In this document: piece after piece, positions 35,055 through 44,033 of the stretch
How the letters are laid out: every line of letters begins with the position of its first letter
Numbering within the stretch: the first letter of the stretch is position 1
Source of the DNA: an uncultured Leptospirales bacterium
GTDB taxonomy: Bacteria; Spirochaetota; UBA4802; UBA5550
Direction of reading: 5' to 3'
Length of the DNA stretch: 50,109 bases
NCBI GenBank assembly: GCA_964654045.1
Contig: CAZZHU010000007.1
Coordinates: 1-50,109 of the forward strand
Notes under the pieces: model-generated
Seen by the model: only the letters and a program-made list of their open reading frames with translations
Told to the model about the DNA's origin: nothing
Database searches by the model: none
Translations under genes and position numbers: made by a program

Positions 35055-35234
35055 CCCCTACATCCCCCGGAGGGGGACTTGTTTTTATCAACGAGCCCTG
35101 GAAGCCCCCCTATGGGGCCAACGCATTCGGCACATCCTGTGCCTGCGTTGGCATCAACCTCATCCTGAGAACGCGGGTTTGGGGGGTGTTCCGAGACGGC
35201 CTGTCCTTTCGCGCCCCCTCAGGGGGTCGGGGGG
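35055..35234. repeat. cluster of family A GC-rich palindromic modules between scpA and scpB
   Basis: cccctacatcccccggaggggg (35055-35076, +), cccccctatgggg (35105-35117), and tcgcgccccctcagggggtcgggggg (35209-35234). The reverse complement of the last closely matches the copy at 461-488. Confidence 0.65.
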
Positions 35235-35998
35235 ACCTCGGCCGCCACATGCTTCACGATGCGGATGATCCCGAATATCTTATGCTGCAGCAGCTTGATG
35301 ATCCGTGTCCTTGCCAGCTCCAGGATGGCCATAAAAGTCACCACGATCTCCATCCTTGACGGCTTCGCGGTAAAGATATCGGGAAAATGGATAACGTCCA
35401 TTTTCGAGAGCATGTTCCTGATGTGCTCAATCCTGTCGCTCACCAGTATCTCGTCAAACACAATTTCCTTCTCATCAACCGCCTTCTGCGACTCTATGAC
35501 CTCCGCGAAGGCCTTCAGCAGGTCGAAGAGCGAGACCTCCCCGAAATCATCTATTTCGATTATATCATCCAGCCTGTTTTCCCTGGTGTAGCGGTTCGCG
35601 CTGGATTCGAACTCTTCCATGAGCTTCCGGGAGGCATTCTGGAACTTCTTGAATTCCAGCAGCTTCTGCACCAGCTCCGGCGGCAGGGGAGGCACGAAAT
35701 ACTCATCCTCGATCTGGCCCGCCGGAAGGAGCGCGCAGCTTTTATAAAAAAGGAGCTCCGACGCCATCCGGATAAAATCGGTCGCGACGCGCACGTTCAG
35801 CTTTTCCATCAGCTTGAGGTAGCCCAGATACTGCTCGGTGATATGGGAAATGGTAATTTCAGTTATATCGATTTTGGCTTTTTTTATCAAATCCCACAGC
35901 AGATCGAGGGGGCCGTTAAAATTATCAATATGGATAATAGGGTTATTCTCAGGATTATCGCCTGATTCCGCTTCTATTTTTTCTTCTGTATCGCTCAT
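35219..35998 (-). CDS. scpA: segregation and condensation protein A
   Basis: FNGPLDLLWDLIKKAKIDITEITISHITEQYL. The last 8 codons (AAEVPPTP) and the TGA stop lie inside a family A repeat. Confidence 0.85.
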   Translation of the reverse strand: MSDTEEKIEAESGDNPENNPIIHIDNFNGPLDLLWDLIKKAKIDITEITISHITEQYLGYLKLMEKLNVRVATDFIRMASELLFYKSCALLPAGQIEDEYFVPPLPPELVQKLLEFKKFQNASRKLMEEFESSANRYTRENRLDDIIEIDDFGEVSLFDLLKAFAEVIESQKAVDEKEIVFDEILVSDRIEHIRNMLSKMDVIHFPDIFTAKPSRMEIVVTFMAILELARTRIIKLLQHKIFGIIRIVKHVAAEVPPTP

Positions 35999-36246
35999 AC
36001 CTATATGCCAGAGTACAATTATGCTCTTCTTTAACCGGCGGGGCCGCCTATCCTGCGCCGCTCGCCTTCCCTTCTCTTCCCCGGCGAAACCGGGACCCGA
36101 CTGTCAGGACCCGGTATCCGTTGTAAAATCGCTTCACTAGAATATACACAAGTATAATCACGGAAATTTAGATCCCGTTTTTATCAACCCCTGTTCACCA
36201 TGAATGCTTTCGCACACTCCCGCAGGAAGATAGGGGTCTGTACATG

Positions 36247-36276
36247 AAAAACCCCTCTATAATGGAGGGGTTTTTT
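36247..36276 (-). terminator. rho-independent (bidirectional) terminator downstream of cheY
   Basis: aaaaa-cccctc-tataatg-gagggg-tttttt read directly. Confidence 0.7.
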
Positions 36277-36310
36277 ATATAACCGATATATATTATGTCA
36301 ATCAGTTTAT

Positions 36311-36670
36311 TTAGGCGAGAGCCTTCTCGGCAGCTTTCTGGAGCCGTTCGGGCGGGAATGGTTTGACAACAAAGTCCCGTACTCCCAGTTTAATGGCCTT
36401 GGTAAGGAGATTTTCCTGTCCTAGCGCCGTTACCATGATAATCCGCGCGTTCGGATCCTGGCGAAGGATTTCTTCAGCGGCTTCGATCCCGTCCTTTTCA
36501 CGCATCGTGATATCCATGGTGACGAGATTGGGCTTCAGCCGCTTATATAATTCAATGGCCTCGTTTCCATTTTCAGCTTCGCCGATAATTTCATGCCCCG
36601 CCGGTACCAGCGCGTCCTTGACGAGGGTCCTCATGAATTTCGCATCATCTACTATTAAAATGGTCGCCAT
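36311..36670 (-). CDS. cheY: chemotaxis response regulator CheY
   Basis: 119-aa single receiver domain: ILIVDDAKFMR, LVTMDITM and VVKPF. Confidence 0.85.
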   Translation of the reverse strand: MATILIVDDAKFMRTLVKDALVPAGHEIIGEAENGNEAIELYKRLKPNLVTMDITMREKDGIEAAEEILRQDPNARIIMVTALGQENLLTKAIKLGVRDFVVKPFPPERLQKAAEKALA

Positions 36671-36940
36671 GCACCTACCCCATTTATTGTTTCGTCATAA
36701 GAAAGAGAAAAATCAATTATTTATATTCAAATTGTAAGAGTTTTTTATAATTTCAATAATAGTTAAAATATTAATAGAATTATAAAAAAAGCAACAAAAA
36801 AATTAAATCAGACATATAACGAAACTGTATTCTTGCATCCGCAGAGCTGTTCCGCGGCGCTATTCCAGGAACTTCACCCCTGAAACACCATCGTAAAAAA
36901 CCGACATGCAGCTTCTTTATAGTCATAATACCGCATCGTG

Positions 36941-38014
36941 TTAAATATATTCAACAATTTTTTTTGGAATTTCAGATAAAGGGACAATATCATCGATACC
37001 GCCCTTTTCCACGGCAACGCGATTCATGCCATAGACAATGGAGGTTTCCTCGTTCTGGGCTATGGTTTTCCCTCCGGCTTCCCTGATCCTGGTTATGCCT
37101 TCCGCGCCATCGCGTCCCATCCCGGTCATTATGACTGCCACCGTGTTCCTGCCGGTGGTCGCCGCCATTGAGTCAAAAAGCACGTCAATCGAGGGCCGAT
37201 GCCCGCTGACCTTTTCTCCCTGAAAAACCCTGACATAGCGGTTGTTGTTTTTTTCTTCTATGGCGATGTGCTGGTTGCCCGGGGCAACATAGGCGCATCC
37301 GGGAAGGACCTGGTCCATATCCTGGGCTTCCTTTACCTTGAGCTGAGACATGGTATCAAGCCGTTCGGCAAAGGCCCTGGTAAAACCTTCCGGCATGTGC
37401 TGCACCACCAGTATCGACGAAGGAAAATTGGGCGGAATATTCGTGAACACCTGCATGAGGGCCGCCGGTCCGCCGGTCGACGTGCCGATCCCCACGATCC
37501 GCGAACTGGCGCTCTTCCTGTCAGCGGGAAAGGCGGGCTTTTTATCGGCTGCCGTGCCGGCCGCCTCCACGGCCGTTCTTTTTCTGAGCGGTGTTTCCCC
37601 GCTGTCTACCCTGGACTGGCTGACCGATTTGACCTTTGAGCGCAGCAGTTCGGCTATATCATTGATCGACAGGGAAACCATCGAAGACGGCTTGGGGATG
37701 AAATCGACCGCTCCGTATTCCAGCGCCTTGAAGGTCTCCTCGGCGCCGTGCTGCGTGAAAACGCTCAGCATGATGACCGGCTTTGGATTTGTTGATATTA
37801 TGGTCCGCAGGGCAGTAAGCCCGTCCATGACGGGCATCTCGATATCCATGGTAATGACGTCCGGGTTGAGCTCTTTCGTCAGCTTGACCGCCATCTCGCC
37901 GTTCTCGGCGGCGCCAACAACCTTGATCAGGGGGTCGCTCTCCAGACTTTCGGTAATGATTTTCCTTACCAGGGTCGAATCATCGACCACCAGTACCTTA
38001 ATTGGACCCGACAT
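36941..38014 (-). CDS. cheB: protein-glutamate methylesterase/deamidase CheB
   Basis: Receiver domain (VLVVDDS, TMDIEMP) plus methylesterase domain (GTSTGGPAAL, VVQHMP, GMGRDGA). Its start overlaps the cheA stop by 17 nt. Confidence 0.9.
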   Translation of the reverse strand: MSGPIKVLVVDDSTLVRKIITESLESDPLIKVVGAAENGEMAVKLTKELNPDVITMDIEMPVMDGLTALRTIISTNPKPVIMLSVFTQHGAEETFKALEYGAVDFIPKPSSMVSLSINDIAELLRSKVKSVSQSRVDSGETPLRKRTAVEAAGTAADKKPAFPADRKSASSRIVGIGTSTGGPAALMQVFTNIPPNFPSSILVVQHMPEGFTRAFAERLDTMSQLKVKEAQDMDQVLPGCAYVAPGNQHIAIEEKNNNRYVRVFQGEKVSGHRPSIDVLFDSMAATTGRNTVAVIMTGMGRDGAEGITRIREAGGKTIAQNEETSIVYGMNRVAVEKGGIDDIVPLSEIPKKIVEYI

Positions 38015-41000
38015 TAGACCTCATGCGCTCAACAATAATCTTAAGTGAATCGGACTCAGGAAGGAAAAGGAGGTTTCCGATGATCTTGTCATTCGCCAGA
38101 TAGAATGCCGTATCCATTATTACCGCGTAATCGCTCAGCATGTTATGAAGAACCAGGATCGAATCTATCACCGATTGCAGATAGTCGTGCACGATGGTGG
38201 GCAGGCCGGCACGAATGACCAGGTTCGATTTCTCGGCAATGACGTTGATAACTGAAGAACCAACGATATTTGTCAATTCCTGAAGTGCTGATTGACCGTC
38301 CTCGTTGAACTCATGGGTTGTTTTGGACGCGAGACCGTATAATAAATCTATCACCTCGAAACCGGTGTTTTCCTTGAATATGAACAGCACGGTTCCCCGG
38401 GTATCGCCGAGGATGGGCATCATGATGCCCATGTAGATGCTGTCGATATCGCCGATATGCTTGGGTATCTGCTCGATGGGCATGACCGTGACTTCCGGTA
38501 TCGAAAGGTCGATCTGCTTGTTCAGTATCTTTGAAAGGGACTCCGCGGCGTTGGCGGCCCCGATATTCGCAACGAGCTGGAATTCCCGCAATTCATCCTT
38601 GGTCAGAGAAATGGAATCAGCCATATGTTCCGACGGAAGACCGGTTTCCGCCGTTGACTTGATGCTCTCGCGCAGTTCATCCCTGAATTCATCAAGGGCC
38701 CTGTGTACCCTCAGCTCGATTTTGGCGTCGGATTCCGGGGCCCCTGCCTGCGGTTTACCCGGTTCCGGCTGCGAGAACGCCCGAACGACATTATCCGGCT
38801 TTTTCTCGACGAATTCCCGTGCCGCCGGTTCAGGTTTTTTCTCTTCCGCGGGCGCCGGTTTCTTCGCTTCAGCTGCCTTTGCCTCGGAGAAAAGTCTCAC
38901 GCCGGTCTTCTCCTTCTGCCCGACCGCGGGCGCCGCTTCGCGGACGGCAGGCCTGCCGACCGTCACCTTCGGCTGTATCTCTTCATCGGGTATCTCTTCC
39001 ACATCGGCTTCGTCCACTTCGACGATCCGCTTGTGGTCATACTTCGTTATCTTATCCTGCTCGAGGATAACCTTGTTTATCATCGAGGAAATATCCAGTA
39101 TCAGGCATATGCTGCCGTCGCCCAGGATCGAGGCCCCCGCGAGGCCCTCGACGGTCTTATAATTCTGCTCAAGGGACTTGATGACAATCTCCAGTTTTCC
39201 CTCGAGATAGTCGACGATGAGCCCTATCTTCCGGTTGCCGAACCCGACAACCACGACCGGCATCTTGTCGTCGGGGCCGAGGGCGCTTTCCTGTTTGACA
39301 AAGCGCGACAGGCGCAGCAGTGACAGGATCTCGCCCCTGAGGTTGATAACCTCATGGCCTTCAATGGTGGTTATGTCCGACTGCGAAATCTTTATGGTCT
39401 CGATAACGTCGGTAAGCGGTATCGCGTACATCTCGTTGCGCACCTTCACCATGATGGCGGGAATGATCGCCAGCGTTATGGGGAAGGAAAGGACGAAACG
39501 CGTCCCCATGCCCCACTCCGTCTCGATGGAGACTGAGCCGTTCAGTTCGCTCACGATCTCCTTCACGACGTTCATGCCGACGCCGCGTCCCGAAATGTCC
39601 GTTATCTTCTCGGCCGTGGAGAAACCGGGCATAAAAATATAATTATAGATATCCGTGTCGTCCATGGCGGCAATCATTTCCGGGGTCGCCAGCCCCGTGG
39701 CCACCGCCTTCCGCTTTATCTGGTCGAGGTTGAGCCCGCGGCCGTCATCGCTGACATCGACGAAGATCTGGTTGCCGCTCTGGTACGCGTTCATGGTGAT
39801 GTGGGCCATTTCCGATTTGCCCAGTTTTTTCCTCTCCCCGGCGGATTCAATGCCGTGGTCGACGGCGTTCCGCAGCAGGTGCAGAAGGGGTTCGCCGATG
39901 GAATCAATGACCTTCTTGTCGAGCTCGGTGTCCTCGCCCTTGATGGTGAGTTCCACCTCCTTGTTGAATTCCTTGGCAAGGTCCCTGACCAGCCGCCGGA
40001 ACCGGGTGAACACCTGGCCTATGGGAACCATCCTGGTTTTCATGATACCGCTTTGCAAATCCTTGGCGATGCGCGACATCTGCTCCATGCGGCTCTTGAA
40101 TTCGTTGATAATCGATTTTTCTTCGCTGATCTTCCGCATCTCTTCATACAGCTTGAAGAAGCCGGAGTTAGCGATGACCAGTTCCCCGACATTATTGAGC
40201 AGCAGGTCGAGTTTATCGATGGAGACCTTCACGGTCTTGAGCATCATGACTTTTTTCTTTCCGTCTTTATCGGCGCCCTTGCCGGCACCCGCTTCAACGT
40301 CAACCCCTTCCTCTTCGTCATCTTCATCTTCACCGGCATCATCGGCTTCTTCTATCCCGAAGGTCTCCCTGCCTGCAAGTGAGCCGCCTTCGGCCCGCAT
40401 TTCTCCCTGTTCGGGCTCGCCGGAATCACCGTAGAAGGATTCACTGTCGCTGAACTGAAGAACCAGCTTGTCGTCTTTCCGGTTCAAACGTATCGTCCGT
40501 ATATCAATCCGGTGTATCAGGTCTATGTTGGCGGTGCGCCGCAACTCCTCGCTGGACTGCTCCGTCAGGATGACTATTTTAACGACATTGTTCATCCCGT
40601 CATCGCTCATATCCTCCATGGAGGGAAACGTGGCCACGATGTCTCCCAACTTTCCCAGGTTGTTGACGACCAGCTGGGCCTTGACCCATTTCATCTGGGC
40701 CTTGTCGTCAATGAACACGGTCACCTCGCAGCAGGAATAACCTTTGTCCAGGCCGTCCTTTATCTGCCTGCGCATGCCGGCATCGAGCATCGTCTTGGGC
40801 ACCTCGTACTCATGCTGGCCGTCAGTGACGATCTCTTTTGCAGCCTTCTTTTCCCCTTTTTTCGGCCGCGTCGATTTATCGCAGATGGCCTTGATGTCGT
40901 CGATGAGCCACTGCAGGTCCTGTTCCGGTTTCTCGCCGGAGGCTATGGTGTCGATGACATTGTGTATCTCGTCGAAACACTTGAAGATGATGTCTATTAT

Positions 41001-41258
41001 TTCAGGAGTAATGCCCATGCTGCCGTCCCGGATGCCCTGAAGAAGGTTCTCCATCATGTGGGCAAGATCGCTGAGCTCGTTCAGGCCGACGAAAGCGGCC
41101 GAGCTTTTCAGCGAATGGGCGGCCCGGAAAATGTTGTTTATGATTTCGAGATTCTCCGGGTTTTTCTCCAGTTCCAGCAGGTTCTGGTTCAATTCCTGGA
41201 GCTGTTCGTCAGCTTCTTCGAGAAAGATATCCTGGTATTCGCCAAGAGAGAAAGCCAT
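37998..41258 (-). CDS. cheA: chemotaxis histidine kinase CheA with extra C-terminal CheC/CheX-like domain
   Basis: P1 Hpt (FRAAHSLKSSAAF), P2-like region, P3, P4 (HLLRNAVDHGIE, DDGRGL, GRGVGMNVV), P5 CheW-like domain, a Pro/Ala/Lys/Glu-rich linker, then about 200 aa with NIGAANAAESLSKIL and SALQELTN-x22-P. ATG at 41256-41258 is preceded by ggaga; the ORF-track TTG at 41279 is less likely. Confidence 0.9.
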   Translation of the reverse strand: MAFSLGEYQDIFLEEADEQLQELNQNLLELEKNPENLEIINNIFRAAHSLKSSAAFVGLNELSDLAHMMENLLQGIRDGSMGITPEIIDIIFKCFDEIHNVIDTIASGEKPEQDLQWLIDDIKAICDKSTRPKKGEKKAAKEIVTDGQHEYEVPKTMLDAGMRRQIKDGLDKGYSCCEVTVFIDDKAQMKWVKAQLVVNNLGKLGDIVATFPSMEDMSDDGMNNVVKIVILTEQSSEELRRTANIDLIHRIDIRTIRLNRKDDKLVLQFSDSESFYGDSGEPEQGEMRAEGGSLAGRETFGIEEADDAGEDEDDEEEGVDVEAGAGKGADKDGKKKVMMLKTVKVSIDKLDLLLNNVGELVIANSGFFKLYEEMRKISEEKSIINEFKSRMEQMSRIAKDLQSGIMKTRMVPIGQVFTRFRRLVRDLAKEFNKEVELTIKGEDTELDKKVIDSIGEPLLHLLRNAVDHGIESAGERKKLGKSEMAHITMNAYQSGNQIFVDVSDDGRGLNLDQIKRKAVATGLATPEMIAAMDDTDIYNYIFMPGFSTAEKITDISGRGVGMNVVKEIVSELNGSVSIETEWGMGTRFVLSFPITLAIIPAIMVKVRNEMYAIPLTDVIETIKISQSDITTIEGHEVINLRGEILSLLRLSRFVKQESALGPDDKMPVVVVGFGNRKIGLIVDYLEGKLEIVIKSLEQNYKTVEGLAGASILGDGSICLILDISSMINKVILEQDKITKYDHKRIVEVDEADVEEIPDEEIQPKVTVGRPAVREAAPAVGQKEKTGVRLFSEAKAAEAKKPAPAEEKKPEPAAREFVEKKPDNVVRAFSQPEPGKPQAGAPESDAKIELRVHRALDEFRDELRESIKSTAETGLPSEHMADSISLTKDELREFQLVANIGAANAAESLSKILNKQIDLSIPEVTVMPIEQIPKHIGDIDSIYMGIMMPILGDTRGTVLFIFKENTGFEVIDLLYGLASKTTHEFNEDGQSALQELTNIVGSSVINVIAEKSNLVIRAGLPTIVHDYLQSVIDSILVLHNMLSDYAVIMDTAFYLANDKIIGNLLFLPESDSLKIIVERMRSNVGSN

Positions 41259-41398
41259 AATCGGTCTCCACGATTTCAATTAACAGGCCGCTATCGATAC
41301 ATTGCCTGGCACCGGTACCGCGATCACCGCGTCACCGGTAAAAACGAGCGGCGTCTGGAAGCCATCTTCATGGTGTCCCAAACCCGGACACTACTGCA

Positions 41399-41926
41399 TC
41401 ACTTCTGCTCTGTGTCTTCTTCGAGGAAAAGGATATTCGACAGATTCAGTATGACTATCAATCGGTCCTTCAACCTTCCAATGCCCCATATATACTCTTC
41501 CGACACTCCCTCGATCAACTCGGAAGGAGGATCGATATTATTCCGCGAAATCCTGACAACCTGGTGAACGTTATCAACCATCAATCCCGTCAGCTTATCG
41601 CTCGTCTCTATAACGATAATGCGGGTCAGGTCCGTGATCCTTGCCCGGGAAAAGCCGAACCTCTTCCGGACGTCAACCACGGGGATCACGTTGCCCCTCA
41701 GGTTGATGACCCCCTTGATGAAATCAGGAGTATTCGGCAGGCGGGTAATTTCCGGAAACCGCAGGATCTCATGAACCGCAAGGATATCCACCCCGTATTC
41801 CACATCTTCAAGAACGAAACTTACCAGCTGAATGATGGAGCCCTCGGAAATAAACTCCTCTTCCTCTTCACCGGATATTTTAACATTCAACTGTTCCTGC
41901 TTGTCTATCAGTTCATTCAGATCCAT
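41399..41926 (-). CDS. cheW: chemotaxis coupling protein CheW
   Basis: VSFVLEDVEYGVDILAVHEILRFPEITRLPNTPDFIKGVINLRGNVIPVVDVRKRFG. Confidence 0.9.
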   Translation of the reverse strand: MDLNELIDKQEQLNVKISGEEEEEFISEGSIIQLVSFVLEDVEYGVDILAVHEILRFPEITRLPNTPDFIKGVINLRGNVIPVVDVRKRFGFSRARITDLTRIIVIETSDKLTGLMVDNVHQVVRISRNNIDPPSELIEGVSEEYIWGIGRLKDRLIVILNLSNILFLEEDTEQK

Positions 41927-41967
41927 ATGGGTTTTCCTGATATTTATGATATGCCCTTAAACAATTT

Positions 41968-41995
41968 AGTGTAAAATAAAAGCCGTACTTTTCAA
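41968..41995 (-). promoter_or_regulatory. sigma70-like promoter candidate TTGAAA-N16-TACACT upstream of cheW
   Basis: Reverse complement of tttcaa (41990-41995) and agtgta (41968-41973). Confidence 0.3.
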
Positions 41996-42068
41996 GCATT
42001 TTTTTTAAATAAATAGGGGGGATGACGGGGCTGTTATCAGGCATAAGGGCGGGTTACAGCGCGAGATA

Positions 42069-44024
42069 TCACTTTTTAAGACTGGAGAGTCTCTTTTTAC
42101 CTGTCTCGAAATAAATATGCCCCTTTGACACGACCACATTGCTCGAGGTAATCCGCGGCAGCAGAAGGGACCAGGTTACGTCGCCGGTCATTTTATCCAC
42201 GACAAACAGGGTCTCGCTGGCCGGCACGTAGAAACTTGCGGCATCTTCCGAAGGCCTCTGCATAATGGGAATGCCGATATCGCGGCTCCAGACCAGATCC
42301 CCCCCGTCGCTGATCCGGTGGATCCGCCCGCTCCGCCCGAAAAGATACACGGAATGTCCGGTAACGGCCATGTCGCACGCGATGGCGTCATTGACCTGGT
42401 ATTCCCACAGCATTTCATCGTCACCGTAATTATAGCAGTACAAACGGCCCGCGTCGGTGGCAATGTAAATCTCACGATTCCCGGCCGCTATTGAAACGAT
42501 GCTTCCGCGGATACTGACCCTGATGACCTTCAAACCGCTGGACTTGTCAAACCCGAAGAGGCTCCCCTTCCGGGTCGAGATAAAAACAAGATTGTCCGCT
42601 ATCACGGGCACCGTTGAAATGATCTCGTCCGTCTTCACGCTCCACACTACCCCGCCGCCACGGTCGATCTTGCACAGTGTCCCCCCTGATGTCGCGCAAT
42701 AGATCCCGCTGCCGTCAAGCTTCAGGGTGGCACTCCCGGTCCTTCCGCCCGGGATCCGGACGCGCCATCGTGTCCCGCCGGTTAACAGATCAAACCTGGA
42801 GATACTGTCCGTGCCTGCGGCAATATAAAGCGACATTTCTTCATGAACGGGATAAGACAGAATCGGGACGTCAAGCGGCACGGACCATTGCACATTATTG
42901 GACCGGATTGACATCAGTCGCCCGTTGCCGATCTTGATGACGCTGTCCAGAACGGGAATATACATGAGGAACACGTTGCCGGGACCGGGCGCGGCATCGC
43001 GCCCCGCTGACGGCTTCATCCGCGCGTCCCGCCCGGCGGCGTCGAATTTCACGCCGCTGCCGGATGAAGATTTGACCAGGCGGTCCATATCATCCCGCAT
43101 TACCGTCATGCCCCGGACCGGCACCGGCAGTTTCAGCGTCGCCATAACGCGGACCGCCTCCATTCCGGTAATGGATTCCAGCTGGACAGGATCAACACCG
43201 ATCGCGCATGCCTGGTCCCGCGACACTTCAAGGGCATGGTCCCGGAAGTACCGGTCAAGGACCTTCGCGGTCTCCGTGTCCGCCGGCATATCCGCCGGCA
43301 GGCATCTCCTCACGCGCACCCTTCCCTCGTAAACTTCGAAGCGGACTCCGCCCCTGCCGTCAACCATGACGCCGAACCTGGTGCCCCGCACGACGGCAAC
43401 GGACGCGGGCGTATGGACTGAAACCGAATCCCCGCGCCCCAGCCTGCTCACGTCCAGGACGCAACCGCCGCCGGTCACCAGGGCATCGAAAACCCGCTCG
43501 CGGCCGTTCAGTGTAATGGTCCGGAGCGCGACCCGGCTGCCGCCGAGGATCCGCATCCGCAATAAATTCGTGAATTGTATTTCGGCTGAAGAACCGGCCC
43601 CGGCGACAACCACGTCGCCGCCGGACACGGGATCGCCGGCCCGCAGGACCCGCTCGCCCCCGCCGCGGCTCACCGTCACATCGCCTGAAACAATACCGGC
43701 GGAGCCGGAGCGTCCGGCGCGCATGAAGTCCAGCGTGCCCGTCAGGACCAGGACGATGATCGACGCGGCGACACCGGCCGGGACCAGCGCCCACCGGGCC
43801 TTTTTCGGTATCCGGGCCGCCGCGCGGGCGCGCTGCGACAGGGAACGGCGCCGCCCTGCCATGACCCGCGGATCGAGGGCAATCCCCGGCCACGATTCGG
43901 GAACGTTCAGCTCGGCGCATTCCAGGATGCGGGCCAGCTTCGCGTGATGGATCTCCCGGTACCGCCTTTTCGAGCGGAGAGCCTCAAGCGCGTCTCTCAT
44001 GTCAGGTCCCTCTTTCATCATCAT
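42069..44024 (-). CDS. putative anti-sigma factor: N-terminal cytoplasmic segment, TM helix, FecR-like domain and PQQ/BamB-like beta-propeller repeats
   Basis: Immediately downstream of the ECF sigma gene. TM helix WALVPAGVAASIIVLVLTG. GDVTVSRGG...LRAGDPVSGGDVVVAGAGSSAEIQF is FecR-like. The C-terminal half has repeated W-containing beta-strand units (VQWSV, TRWRV, VVWSV, MLWEY, LVWSR, VTWSL). Confidence 0.6.
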   Translation of the reverse strand: MMMKEGPDMRDALEALRSKRRYREIHHAKLARILECAELNVPESWPGIALDPRVMAGRRRSLSQRARAAARIPKKARWALVPAGVAASIIVLVLTGTLDFMRAGRSGSAGIVSGDVTVSRGGGERVLRAGDPVSGGDVVVAGAGSSAEIQFTNLLRMRILGGSRVALRTITLNGRERVFDALVTGGGCVLDVSRLGRGDSVSVHTPASVAVVRGTRFGVMVDGRGGVRFEVYEGRVRVRRCLPADMPADTETAKVLDRYFRDHALEVSRDQACAIGVDPVQLESITGMEAVRVMATLKLPVPVRGMTVMRDDMDRLVKSSSGSGVKFDAAGRDARMKPSAGRDAAPGPGNVFLMYIPVLDSVIKIGNGRLMSIRSNNVQWSVPLDVPILSYPVHEEMSLYIAAGTDSISRFDLLTGGTRWRVRIPGGRTGSATLKLDGSGIYCATSGGTLCKIDRGGGVVWSVKTDEIISTVPVIADNLVFISTRKGSLFGFDKSSGLKVIRVSIRGSIVSIAAGNREIYIATDAGRLYCYNYGDDEMLWEYQVNDAIACDMAVTGHSVYLFGRSGRIHRISDGGDLVWSRDIGIPIMQRPSEDAASFYVPASETLFVVDKMTGDVTWSLLLPRITSSNVVVSKGHIYFETGKKRLSSLKK

Positions 44025-44033
44025 GCGCCCGTT

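Noticed and set aside
33161-35234. Possibility that the recurring GC-rich hairpin modules are a CRISPR array
   Set aside because: Copies occur in both orientations, with irregular spacing (25-60 nt within clusters, kilobases between clusters). Repeat lengths of about 22 nt are imperfectly conserved, and there are no cas genes. They are interspersed repeats, not an array.
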